A stretch of DNA of 64,000 nt from assembly GCA_964035545.1 (NCBI GenBank), contig OZ037771.1, positions 5,675,190-5,739,189 on the forward strand, given 5' to 3'. Position 1 is the first letter of the stretch. Each line of letters starts with the position of its first letter. The position numbers were made by a program, and so were the translations under genes. Source of the stretch: Bugula neritina. Taxonomy: Eukaryota; Animalia; Bryozoa. Below are positions 51,680-64,000 of the stretch, one piece after another. The notes under the pieces were generated by a model. That model was not told the DNA's origin, did no database searches, and was given only the letters and a program-made list of their open reading frames with translations.

Positions 51680-52643
51680 GGGGAAACCTGGGTGATATGG
51701 GCCACTTAAGCCCACAGCCCAAACTGACAATGTTTGATTGAAAATTAGTATTTCAACATGTGGGTGCTATCTCTACTGACATAAAAACAGAATTTGAAGC
51801 TCATAGACAGATGCTTGGCTGAGCTATAATTGAAAATTGGTGGACCATATCACCCGGAGATCTTTTGAAATTTCGGGTGATATGGGCCACCACAGACTCC
51901 GTCACATAAAGTCAGCTTTTTTGTGTTGAAAATGCATTTTGCTATATTAAAAAGTGACATAAAACAGTAGATTTAAAATAAGTGTGAAACAGCTTCTTTT
52001 AGTGCGTCCTAACTCTAAGCATTTCAAATATTTTTGGAAGAACATCTTGGCATCTAAAATACATTGCATGAGTATGAATATTTCAAGCACACATTCTACA
52101 GCAACTGGCTATAATGTTGTCTAATCAATATTTAGGGGTTTAATGCTTCATCATTGTTTGAAATACTTGAGAAATAGTATTATTTTTCTCAAACAAGTAT
52201 GTGAAAAGAAAAATTCAATTTGCTGAGTAATATGGTCCACGGTCCATATCACCCCCAAGTGGCGGTCCATATCACCCAAAAATCATGTCCCCAAAAATTT
52301 TGAATTTCTACAGACAGAGAGTGGACAAGTATTATATATACTATTTGGGTATTTATAAATACCTTCCACACATTATCTGTAGATACAGGCCCCTTACTTC
52401 AGGTAATTTTTTTCAATAAAATATGTCCACAAAAGTTGTGAAAATTTATAAGAAAATGAGCAAAAAGAGAAAATGTGTCTTTATTTTCTAAGACAAAGAG
52501 ACAAGTTTGAAATATGTAGACAGGAAGTTAGATATTCCTATTTTTAAACAATAAGACACTTTTCAACTTTCTGGTAACCGTGGATACTGCAAAACATGCA
52601 TGGTCCATATCACCCGGGTGGTTCATATCACCCAGGTTTCCCC
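51680..52643. mobile_element. MITE/non-autonomous DNA transposon, Tc1/mariner-pogo type, 964 bp
   Basis: TA|GGGGAAACCTGGGTGATATG…CATATCACCCAGGTTTCCCC|TA gives a perfect 20-bp TIR and a TA TSD. Internal copies of the GGGTGATATGG(A/G)CC motif occur in both orientations. Confidence 0.88.
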
Positions 52644-55600
52644 TATATAACATTTGTAAAACTCAAAACATAATTTGAATATTTTTTGCATTGCATAGCT
52701 AGTTTGACAAACTATATGCATTTTATAATAGCATTATAAATTGAGCTTTACTGAAACATTATATGATCACCTGCATGGTTTCTTTTAATAAAGAACTAAC
52801 TAAATTTGAATTGCATTATTATATCAACTTATGTTTCTGCCATAGTTAATAGTAATATATTATAATATAATTCACCCCTTATAATATTTTTATATCACAA
52901 AAAACTGCAATACAGAAGCTACGACATAATAAGTTTTATTGTACACTTCTATAATCTCTCATTTCCACTATAGGTCATATATTATTTTGCAAATAACAGA
53001 TACAGCTGATTTAGACAGTTCAAATAGTTAATAATTGTTGTGCATTACCATGAAATAGAGATGCTGGGAAAAGAAAAACTACCTGAGTTATAATTATAGT
53101 ATGATAGTATCAAAAGCATATAATATTTTAAGATGATAGTGGTTTCAAATTTAAAGCAGCGAGAAATTATAGACTTTAAACTTGTCTAAAAACCTTAAAG
53201 ATCAAAATCTCCAGAAGTGTTTTTAATATTATTATATAGTAGTGACCTGTAATAAGTATTTCTGTTTATAGGTAACTTGTTTACTTAGAAATGGCAACAT
53301 AAATTGCTATGATGAGGAGACTGTAAGTACAGGTCTACAAATACTGTAATACTCAGTAACACAGGGTATAATGTAAGATATCATCAAGTAACTATCAGTT
53401 TGCTGTTTACAAGAAAAACGACTGACCCAACGTCGATGTTCAGTTGCATATCATAATAATATTTATTATAGTGTATGCTATATTATAGTGCTTTATAGTC
53501 ATATTCTACAACTAAATTAGCTCTAAAAATTATCTAAATGTAGAAAAATATGCAATGTAGAGTTAGAGATCCAGATAAGGCTTAATAAATATTAAGGAGC
53601 AAGATAAATGTGTGCTGCTAAATATACTTAAACTGACAACTCCCATTAGTTTGTAATGTGCATTTTATTTTTGAAAATTAAAACCATATTATTATCATTT
53701 AACATATGACTGCACTTGTTTCAGTATAAGGCTGCTATAATTGTGCTGAAACCCATCTTAGGTATAAATGTCCACTTAAGTTACCTTTTGATCATGGAAC
53801 ATAAGTTATTATATATTATAGAGGATCATGCCATAAAACAAATTGTAAAAAATAAGTGTGAGTAAAAATAAATTTGAAAATAACATTTTGATACAACTAG
53901 TTTATTATTTTTGCTAAAAATATGTAAAAATAGCGAGTTATCTTGCCTAACTCATAAAAACATAAAAAAATAGATTCTTGTTACACTTATCCTATTAATT
54001 TGTCAAAAGTTTGCAATATTTTTTTAATTTTGGCTAGTAACTAATACAATCATTAATTTCAACAGCCACAGTGTTTGTATTTTAACTTCATTTTATAAAA
54101 TTGACTACCTACCTATAAACGTTTAATACTGTTCTACATATTTTTATAGGAATTAAACTATAGATGAACTGAACATTAGATCAAAATGACTAAACATGCA
54201 TATATCAGCATCAATTTTAAAAAATAATTTTTTGATCAAGAGGTGCTCATAATTATGTTAGATATTATTACTAGCAGAGCAGTCATTAGCTAAATGGTGT
54301 TTGTTGAGTATATATAGTAACCATTTATAACACTGTATTTTTTGTTGTATACGGATACACCTTTTATAAGCCAGCAATGTCCAAAAAATTAATTATCCTT
54401 GCAGCTTAAACTTTTTATTCTTTTCAATGCTGAAGAAGAAATATGCAAACTGAGATACCTTAAGTGCCCTAAGTCTTTTACAGTGCATACAGCGCAGTCT
54501 TACAATATAGCGGCTTAGCAAAAATATGTGTTGGGGAAGAGATTAAGTTAAATAGCAAGTTAAGTAAGTTGCTCTAATACTGCCTATTTTCCTTAATGCT
54601 TGATATTCAATTAAGTACACTGGGTTATTTCTATCTTCCTACAAAATAATTGTTTTACAGTTTCACAATGTGCTTTCTTTGTATATATTTGCAATTTTAT
54701 GTTAAGTAGGACCGTGTTATTATTTTTGTTGCAAAATGTGTGTTGTAGAAATGTAAGAAGTGAACCTAAATTAAAACAGGTGCAAATATTTAAGAAACAG
54801 GATACTACAAGTAAAAGCATGATGCTATGCACCAGCCTTGGTTACTATAATGTCATATGTTATAAAATACTGACTACATTTCATAGTGCAAAATATTCAT
54901 TACTTTCAGTACGTCGCCGTTGAGAATCTTCACCTTCATGACCAAAAACCTTAAGCTGCAAAAGCATAAACAGGGAAGCTGCTTTCGTTTCTGTTGATAT
55001 ATTTATCAATATCATGATTTTCATGTCGTTGCTGCTGGCAATATTGAGTATGTAAATGAAAAGTTGTTATCAATTAGTCTTTCACCTTTGAGTTAACCAA
55101 TCTTTTGCAATATTTGCCACCACATCTTGATGTTAAAGTAAAAAAAGGCCTCAAACTTGCATTAACCTGCATGTCCAACTACTTCTTCCTCTTCTTTCAA
55201 CTTCTAAAGTAATTTAATTGTTCTATTGCCTGAGAATTTGTTTTCAAACTTGAAACAATTTGACTTATACATACAGATTAAATTATCTAGCTGTGTTTAC
55301 AATAGCAAAGAAGACCAGTTTAAATTTTACACACAAATTATTTGTAAATTTTATTGATGGCTATGGTAGGTAAGCATGATATAACTTTAACAATGAGTTA
55401 TAATAACAAATTGCATCACTAAGAATAATTTTTTAATAATGTAACAAATTACTCTAAATCACCTATTCAGGTTCAGCAAATCTTTAGTCTGAACTAGTTA
55501 CTATGTATTCAACTAATTCCTATATAGCAAAAATGAAAGTATGTTCAAAATAGTAAATAAAAAAGTTCCAAAATATAAATCAATTGCTAATTAGTTTATT

Positions 55601-55863
55601 AGATACAGCTTCATTTATAACCATTTCAAATCTGCTATTTTACCATTTCAAATGTTTCACATTAATATTTCAATTTAACCTGCATCTAAACCGATTAATC
55701 AAGCTTACTAACAATATTCAGTAAGTGTTAATTAAAATTGTTGAATTGAAAATTGAAAGTGTAATCCCCATTGGTTTACAGTGTAGAACTGCATTCTCGT
55801 GTTGCAGTGTAGAGCTTTTTCTCTCCGAATTCCCGGAACATGAAAGTTTTAGTAACTCTGGAA

Positions 55864-58800
55864 TTATCTGCTGTTCACTCTCGTTGGAATAAATGGAGTC
55901 TAAAATAAATGCAAGTGGGATGACATTTGTAAGAAAAATTTAATCTTCAATCATACTTAAATATGATTTGCTAACAATAGATCAATGAAAATATTTAAAT
56001 TAATTTGTTGAAAAATGTACAAGATCCATAGCATAAGGATAATTTGTTATTTAGCAATTTGTGAACCTAACTGTATCTATAGCCTACCTCTAAATGCAAG
56101 CAAACAGGCATATTTAAAATCATAATATAATATATAAATATAATATAGTATAATATAATTATATAATGTAATGTAATATAATATAATCTAAACTCCCACC
56201 TACAAAAATATCTTGTCAATTATATCATGATTGACAGCATTTACTGTAGCTGTGAGATTTGTTCTCAGTGCACTGACTATCCACACAAACTTGTTGACCT
56301 ATTTATTATATAGTTAAATCTTACTGTAGGACAGTTAGGTGAAGCTCCAAAATCCACATTTGTCTGTTTACGGGAAAGAGGCTGCAGCTGAAAATAAAAA
56401 AACATTAGCTATTTCATAACAGAGAAGCTGTTTGCAGGGCATACAAAGTTCAAATTAGTACTAATGATACATATGTTGAAACCTGGCTTGCCAAACTTTA
56501 TTTTAATTTTGAATATTGTAAGAATGTTTACTGGAAGCTTAGTAAAGCAAAAAAAATACTAAACACCAAAAGATTTATATGAAAATGTTTTTGCATAGTA
56601 TTCACTAACATGAAAAGATTTTTCTGTACAACTTGGATGTCATACCATTGTGTTCCAGAGAGCTATTCCAGCAGCTGAGTTTCCTTTAGTAGAAAAATGG
56701 AAACAGTAGGGCAGAAGTATAGATCGATCAGGCTTCCCATTCTAGACATAACATGATAAAAATCATTTCTTCTAACAGAAAGCTTGTGAATAATCCTCAA
56801 CAATATGATCTTAGTAAAATAGACAATAATTTTATCTTGGCTATTTATAAAAACAAGTTTAGAGTAAGAAGTGTTGTAATTTCCCACAGAGGAAGTGGTG
56901 GGCATTGGATTTTGGGAGAACCGAATAGGAAATGTTTTTTCGATTTGCTTATAGTCTCCCTATAGTGTAGTGGTTAACATCTCTAGCTTGCAGTTTGAAG
57001 GTATGAGGTGGAGGCAGAAGTTTTTACAAAGTTTAATCTCAACTCACTGCAGTGGTGGGAATAGTCAAATTGCTAAGGAAAGGCTGGTGAACAACTGTGA
57101 AGTCACTAGTTGTGTCATACTTCCTACTGTCAATCAACTCCAGGAGAGCTTTGTAATACTGTTGTGCTATAGGTGTAGATAGAGAGCTGTTCTGGTTCTT
57201 ATCACATCGACAATAAATAAACCTAAAAAATGTCAACATGTTAAGTAAAGGAATCACTGATGAAAAATTGAATGTTATTAGAGCTCAAAGCATTATATGT
57301 CTTATATTGAAACATTTGAAGCAGTTTTAAAAAATGCTCTATATTAGTTTTAAACTCAAATCACACAAATACATTTTGAATGGTTATACTTAACTCACCT
57401 CAAGTTATAGGAACATAAATGACTTGAAGGACAAGTATTTTTAAACTTGTTAAGATCAAACACTCCTACAACGTTTACTAGAGCTCTTGGTAGGTGTTGC
57501 TGTAGATAGTCCAGGGTTGCTTTGATATTGGCTTTAAACCTCTCTGCAGAATTTAAAGGCTGGAACCAAAACAAAAAAATTGTTTCATAAAATAGAAACA
57601 AACATTCTACATGCTTTAGGTTACAATTATCTTTTAATATAAAATCTGTTGTTGAAAAATTTAATAATTTTATAGAACTTCCAACTGCAATAGTTCAAAA
57701 TCTTTTTGATAAAACAATAGTTATTTTATCTAATAATCAGTTTCAGCTACAAAATGTGTTTGTTTATATTAATTAGCTAGTTTTAGTTATTGATAAATAT
57801 TTCTAGAACCATAAGATTATTTTTAAGTATCATTTTACTCATAGCATTAATATTTCAATTAAGACTAATCATGTATAGTATGGAAATGTTTGTATTACAA
57901 TAAATATCACCAGATAAATTGTAGCTTTTTAAAAACAATTAGTTCAAAAAGTATTATATTTTAGTTGGTATTTCACTGTTTTTAGATTACCTTAAAATTT
58001 ATTTATAGTTTTGAAACAATTGAGTATTTTAGCACAGATGTTATTGAATCTAAATGTCTATACTGCAACTTAAAGCTGCTCTTTATTTTGCCAATTTTTC
58101 TTGTTGATGTAAAAAGTAATATTTTTAGGTAAATTAGTAATACAGCACTACATGTTTATATAAATCTCCGTTACCAACGGAGACTGAAACAGTACAAACA
58201 AGTTATTAACATAATGTGGCATTTCTCTTCTAAATAATATGCAATTTTACGAGTTATACTTCAAGTAATTAAAAGTTACAATGCACATTTGGAAAGCAGG
58301 TATGTTTAGCCAACAATAATACAGAAGACTTTCAACATGCATGTTGCTGCAATTATAACTCTACACATAGTAATACTTTTCACATGTACATACACTTGAT
58401 GGGTCTGAGCATGCCCGGCAAATGTCATTTCCTCCTATCTGCAGCGTAATTACTTTCCAGTCTTCTTTAAAATTTATATTCGGATCAACTTTCAATTGCC
58501 TGACTAGTTTTTGAGCTTGATGCAGCATCTCACTGCAAAGGTAGCACTAACAGTGTTTGAAGATATTTTCTTTTATCTTTACAATATAGAATAATATTAA
58601 CATTTGCAAGTAAAACTTTATACTCAAAGAAATGTGTTGCGTGAGGAATAGTGTGATGTAGCATCTTATCTTTCTGCTCATAATTTTCTATCTTCTTTAA
58701 AACAAGTTGTATTAGCTGCTGTGTGCTTTCTGAATCTTTATTCAAAGATTATGAAAAATTAAATAACTTAACACATTTTTTTAAAATATAATTTTTGAGC

Positions 58801-61800
58801 AATTATGGTAATAAACCATATGCATGGCTTTCATGGTTGAAGCTTCAAATAACTCTAAAACTAGGCAATAAGTAGTGCAGTATTACGTAATCAAAGACAC
58901 AGTTTCCTCATATATACACATTATTCAGAGTTGTCTTCTCATACATATGGTACAACACAGGAATAACAAAATTTACCAGGTGCATCTAAATGATTTTACT
59001 ATTTATTATATTGAACCAAGGTTCTCACTTGTCCTTTTTAAATTATTGATCAAAAACACTTTCATTTTATTTTATATACCTGTGCCATTGGCTTATAATA
59101 TATGATAATGTCATAATTAATATTGCCTTTATTAATCATTATTTAATAATTAAATATAGTTAATTATTAATTAATAATTATTGTGCTATAATATACTTAA
59201 TTTTTTTCATACTTAGTCTTATAAGGTAAAGAAAGCTAGGAAGTTGAGCAGAAATAACTTTTTGAAAAAGTCTTGTGAAAAGAGATTGGCAAACTGCAGC
59301 TGATAAATGTGACATCTGTCAGTTGGTAACTGCATGTTATGACAGCTGATGCAAGGTATATGTCAGTTAATAACTGTTACTTATGGCAACTAATAGAAAG
59401 CATATGTCAAAATTGGTACGGCTGTCATATGTCCCTACCTGACTGGAATAGCAAACTGTGCTATGTTTAGATTGGAAGCATCAATAGATTTGGGGTACCT
59501 GTTAACAGCATACCCATACAGATCTGGATTGAACAACCTCAGTATGTCTACAATATATTAAGCAGCTATACATGTTTGTCCATTAACTTATTTTGAGTTA
59601 TGCTAAGCTAATTGTTTTTACACAGTACAACAAATAGATTACCTTATAAGCTATAGTATATTTCTTAAAATTTAGCTAATATTTGAATTTTGAAATAGTG
59701 TAAGGCATAAAAATATTTTTTTAATTTAGCATTGAAATATGTGGGTTAGGATGCATTCAAAATAACCCCAACAGAAATTAAGTCAAATATATTATAATTA
59801 CTATTAAGAATGAAACCTCTACTAGTACCTTTGTTACAATGGGCTTTTACACATAGGTTATAATTACAGTATAAAACAAAAATACCTTTCAAGTATATGC
59901 TGCAAATGTTATATCACGTGTGTTGTTTACTTACTGGGAAATGTTGTAATGTTGTCACTGAATGAAGAATACCCTCCTGCACTACAACATAAGCAGAACA
60001 TCACAATGCGCTTAGTTATATGCAACTCCAATGTGACTGTAATATATGATATGTATATAGGTTGTAGACAATACTATCTAGCAAGTAACAATTATATAAT
60101 ACAAAATACAAAACTATTTCTAACGATAAGAGTGTAGGGGCCGTTTGTATATTATGGTGTTGATGGTATTTTATTGGTGCCGTAAGTCTTGACTGATGCC
60201 ATAAGGCAACGTGAAAACTTTAATAGTAATGTATAAAACAACATGTTAGTAAAAATATGCAAAAATATATAATAAGTCACCAAGTTATTGTCAAACAATT
60301 AAAATTTCATATTCTGTTAAAATGCAAAGATACTAGTAATTATTAAGAATAACTGTATTACCTGATTGGCTCTACTAGTTCTATAAAAACGGCTGCACTG
60401 GTCATGGCTCTAGCACTTGGCCTACCATGGCTAGGCCAAGTCTAGAACCAACACATGTGCAGCCTGCAAAGCCTTATATAGCTAGCTAGTTTACAAGATG
60501 TGTTGGCTAACATAACAGCTAAAAACAGCTGTGCTAGTTCTATGGAAAACAAATATATAGCTGAATTTTAATGACAATAGGTTTGACAAGCTAAGTATAA
60601 ATAATTTATGAATGCATTTTCAATACTTTGTTTTCTATTTATTTTTACTAACATGAGTTACAAAAGGTCCATGCTGGCCTTTACAAAAAGTGTTTACAAA
60701 ATAATTATTATCAAACAGCTTTATAGCTACGGAGGTTATAATCTATAAATATCTACGGCTGTTCAGATGCTTTAAAATTAATTAGGAGTCTAATAAATAG
60801 TTTAATATATTGTGGTTAGCTGAGGAGTGCTTTTGGTTTTTAAAGTCAAATATCTCATTAACAGAATTTGCAATCTATATTATCTCCATATTTTGCACCA
60901 TGACTTAGTGAGGAGGTTACAGTGAAAATAACATCAACATTACTAGCCTGAAGTGTAAATAATTTAGATAGGAGCAGACAATTTCATCAAACATGGGCTT
61001 AGCAGTTTATGAAATGTCTTAAAAAGAAATTGGGACTTTGTTTCAAAACATTTAAAAAATTGAAATGATTATAAGCAACTAATGTAAGTAAAAAATATTC
61101 AAACTCATAAGTAATAACATGGCTGTCATTACAATGTGCACGAGGTATTGATAACAAAAAGCTCATTTTCTTGCATGGTGCCAACAAACTTTAAATGATA
61201 TTAGGATTAAGATTTGCACTAAATACATTGCAAAAATGGTTTAATGTTTTCATCACACAAACCGAAACCACATCTTACAGCATTTTTTTATTTTAGTTTA
61301 TGTAGCTAAACAGCAACTTTCTGCAGTAAACTTATATAAAATTGTTCAATCTTATATTCACTGATATCTTATGAATTTGTGTTGGTTTTTAAACCTTTTT
61401 ACTAAATAGCTAAGCAGAGAAATAGTTCTTTTACATTTTAAAAACGCAACTTTGCTCAAAAAAATGTATATGCATGTTAATAACAAGCCTTATGCAGACC
61501 GAGCTGCCTATGTTAAGGGCCATAGTTCTAGCAGGCTCGCCATGCTGCTGGTGTCGAAAATATTAAAGGTTTTATGTATATAGAAGTAGCACAGCTGCCT
61601 CTTGATTGAGAAAGAACTCCTTTTGCTGTGATACTCTGACAATGCAAAAAAGCGAAGTCACAGCACCGCAGCTTTCAAACGTATAGGCATTAGCGTAGAG
61701 CTATTTTGTACACATCATGGTTGCATTCTTAAAATCATTTTAGCTTTTTATTTTGTATCAGTTCATGTATTTACCTGAAAGAGCGGCATATGCGATATGG

Positions 61801-62711
61801 TAAGTATACAAGTTCATCTACACATGCTATCACATCTCCGACAATAGATAAGTCTCCTATGCCAGCAACTATTTTAATATCTCCAACTTTCAGTTGATGA
61901 ACTGAAACAGTAAGCATAGAAGGAGGTATACACACACCGATAAAGTTTAAGCCAATTTTGAGTAATTTTTGTAAAGCATTTGGTGCTTAATTAAATGTAG
62001 CTTAAAAGTTTGCTAGAGGACAGGCCATGGTGTAGTAACTATAGAGAGAACAGTTAATTACCTATAAACATGAGACTGTAATGAAAACTTAAACTGTGTT
62101 TTATTTATAGCATAATAGTATCTGGTTAGATGGTTCTTTAATATAATGTAGCCTAAATTTTTTTTAGGTAATTTCCAGAATTGCAAGCAATAATGATGAA
62201 CTATATTCTTCAAAACTCATCAAAGTTTTCCAGCTTGCTTATATAACTTTGAGCATTAAAATAACAATAATTAATATGACTTATTTTTGCTCTCCTAAAA
62301 TTACAGCTAGTCCACTTGCACCAACTATTGCCAAATGCCAGAAGTATTTAGTTAGCACTGGTTGTGCTGTTATAGAAAGCTTTTCTTTGTAAGTTCTCAA
62401 TATAGTTAACATAGCTAAGCTAACTTACACTTCACTACAGACTCACTATTGCCAACCTGTCATCAGACAGCATTAACATTAGTACCAATGCGCCTTTGCT
62501 ACTTTTGTTTTAGAATGACCTATTGTCAGATATAATATAAGGTTGCATTGTTTCTCAATCAAAATAAATGGCACTCACCACTAGTTGGAACAGTTGCTGA
62601 CGTGTAGCTGCCATTGGGACACAAGACATTTCCATCTGTAGCTGCTATCAAACTTGTGACGATGTAACAGATCACAATGCAAACAACATTTTGCTTCACA
62701 GAAAAAGCCAT
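55864..62711 (-). CDS. Phospholipase B1-like single-domain GDSL/SGNH protein, copy D (~361 aa, secreted; nucleophile Ser replaced by Leu and catalytic Asp by Tyr)
   Basis: Exons 62579-62711, 61775-61901, 59935-59981, 59439-59547, 58394-58532, 57399-57559, 57048-57222, 56646-56741, 56325-56387, 55864-55899 (1086 nt). Motifs VAGIGDLSIV, NIAQFAI, IGGND, LLPYCFHFSTKG. Confidence 0.92.
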
Positions 62712-63545
62712 CAGTAGGATCTTGGGGAAATTTCTTATCAACGTCTTCAATCTCAATATTCAGTGAAGGTAGATTAATAAGATTTCACTAGATGTCACCC
62801 TTAATATTAGCATTAGATGCTCTATACCTGATACCCATCATTTTAGAAGGTCATGTTTCTTAGCTATGATTGGCTAATTGACATTTTAACTGTACAAATA
62901 TCTCTATGCAGATTAGAGCTGTAGTCAAGCTATCAGCAGTCTAGTGTAGTACTAATGTATATCATCGAGTTTCTAGAATGTTACAATTACCCTCCAGGTA
63001 GTCTCGCAAGGCTGTGACTTTTTTTTAACTTAAGCCCACCTTTCTTCTAATACAGAAAGAAGCAGCTACTCATGTAATTATATAAGACCCCTGGTGTTCA
63101 TATTATAACAGCATCATATAGTCTTTGTTTCTTGTAACAGCATTGAGTCAGGCAACTAAAATTGACAACTTATACTCTTATATATTGAGGTTTGATCTTG
63201 TTAATTTTTATTTTAATACATAACAAGTATTGCCATAGTTTGCTTGCAGGTTTATCTTAAAATGTACAATTTTTATAAAAAATAGTTTGTTTAAATACCA
63301 TGGTGTTATATACATTTAGGAGTGTTCATATTTTAATTTGTTATGCTATAAAAACCTGTACGTTCACTTTATCCAAAATCAAATTGAACCTTACAGCCAT
63401 GGTGTATATTTCATATTTAGCATGGAGCATTTCTAATCTTTATTGTTGGCACTAATTATTGCTAATAATTTATTGATATATTTCAACATAAGAGAGTTAA
63501 TTATTTAAAAGATTTCTTTTTTTTATTAGATTATTCATATTGCAG

Positions 63546-63666
63546 ATGGGTTTTCCAGCAGATCTGTTAACTACTTTGATTCTTGTTGGGCTACTAACGC
63601 CATCTGCCTGCTATAACTTCTGTAATAGTTCGAGGAAATACTTGTCACTCCACGTCCCTACAAATA
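63546..63666 (+). CDS. First coding exon of a probable fifth PLB1-like paralog (copy E), continuing beyond the window
   Basis: MGFPADLLTTLILVGLLTPSACYNFCNSSRKYLSLHVPTN|gtaagt shows a signal peptide, a Cys, SxxVPT and a phase-1 donor, the same layout as exon 1 of copies A-D. Confidence 0.7.
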
Positions 63667-64000
63667 GTAAGTTATTTGAGTCAAGCTATTAAATTTATCA
63701 GAGTTAAACATTCTTCCAGATGGTAGCATCATTTAAGCTTTATAAGTTTTTGAAAACTGCAATTTTACATTCCAATTTGCTGCTACACAAGACTATGGCA
63801 ATTATAATTGTTTTGCTACTTTCTAGGTGACTTTTGGAACAGCTTGCTTTGCTACTTTTTTCATAAATTTAACTCAAGATGCATAATAAAGTTTTTATAA
63901 TAGGTTATTAGGTTGATAATTCAAAATCAATAATAGTACCATAAATCAGTGCTATAATATTTTTTTATAATGAAATATACTTTCATAGTGAATTTCAAAT

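Noticed and set aside
15190-63550. An AG acceptor just upstream of the ATG in most genes, hinting at spliced-leader trans-splicing
   Set aside because: Plausible upstream cis donors exist (e.g. near 14385, 29857 and 49842), and the PLB copies share the feature by descent. 5' UTR introns are the simpler explanation.

Overview
This is AT-rich metazoan (invertebrate, probably lophotrochozoan-type) genomic DNA with compact spliceosomal genes. The gene models were reconstructed by hand from GT/AG boundaries, exon phase and recalled similarity to vertebrate proteins; no searches were run. In order, the window holds: (1) the 3' end of an unidentified acidic protein gene (+, to 3093); (2) a complete ENOX1/2-family gene (-, 4415-11134); (3) head-to-head with it, a complete RB1-type retinoblastoma gene (+, 15201-28729), one intron of which carries a 3.7-kb fold-back Sola2-like DNA transposon; (4) a cluster of single-domain, signal-peptide-bearing phospholipase B1-like (GDSL/SGNH) genes, with four complete 10-exon copies arranged A> B> <C <D and the first exon of a fifth copy, E>. 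The main result is in the PLB cluster. All four complete reading frames and their splice sites are intact, but only copy B has a fully canonical active site. A has lost both oxyanion-hole residues, C has lost the catalytic His and gained a GPI-anchor-like tail, and D has lost the nucleophile Ser and the catalytic Asp. This looks like a retained enzyme/pseudoenzyme family. The window also contains tRNA-derived SINEs, CR1/L2-type and RTE LINE relics, two MITEs, a perfect 33-bp hairpin and several minisatellites anchored on splice sites. Most ORFs in the supplied track are spurious or are single exons read through into introns.
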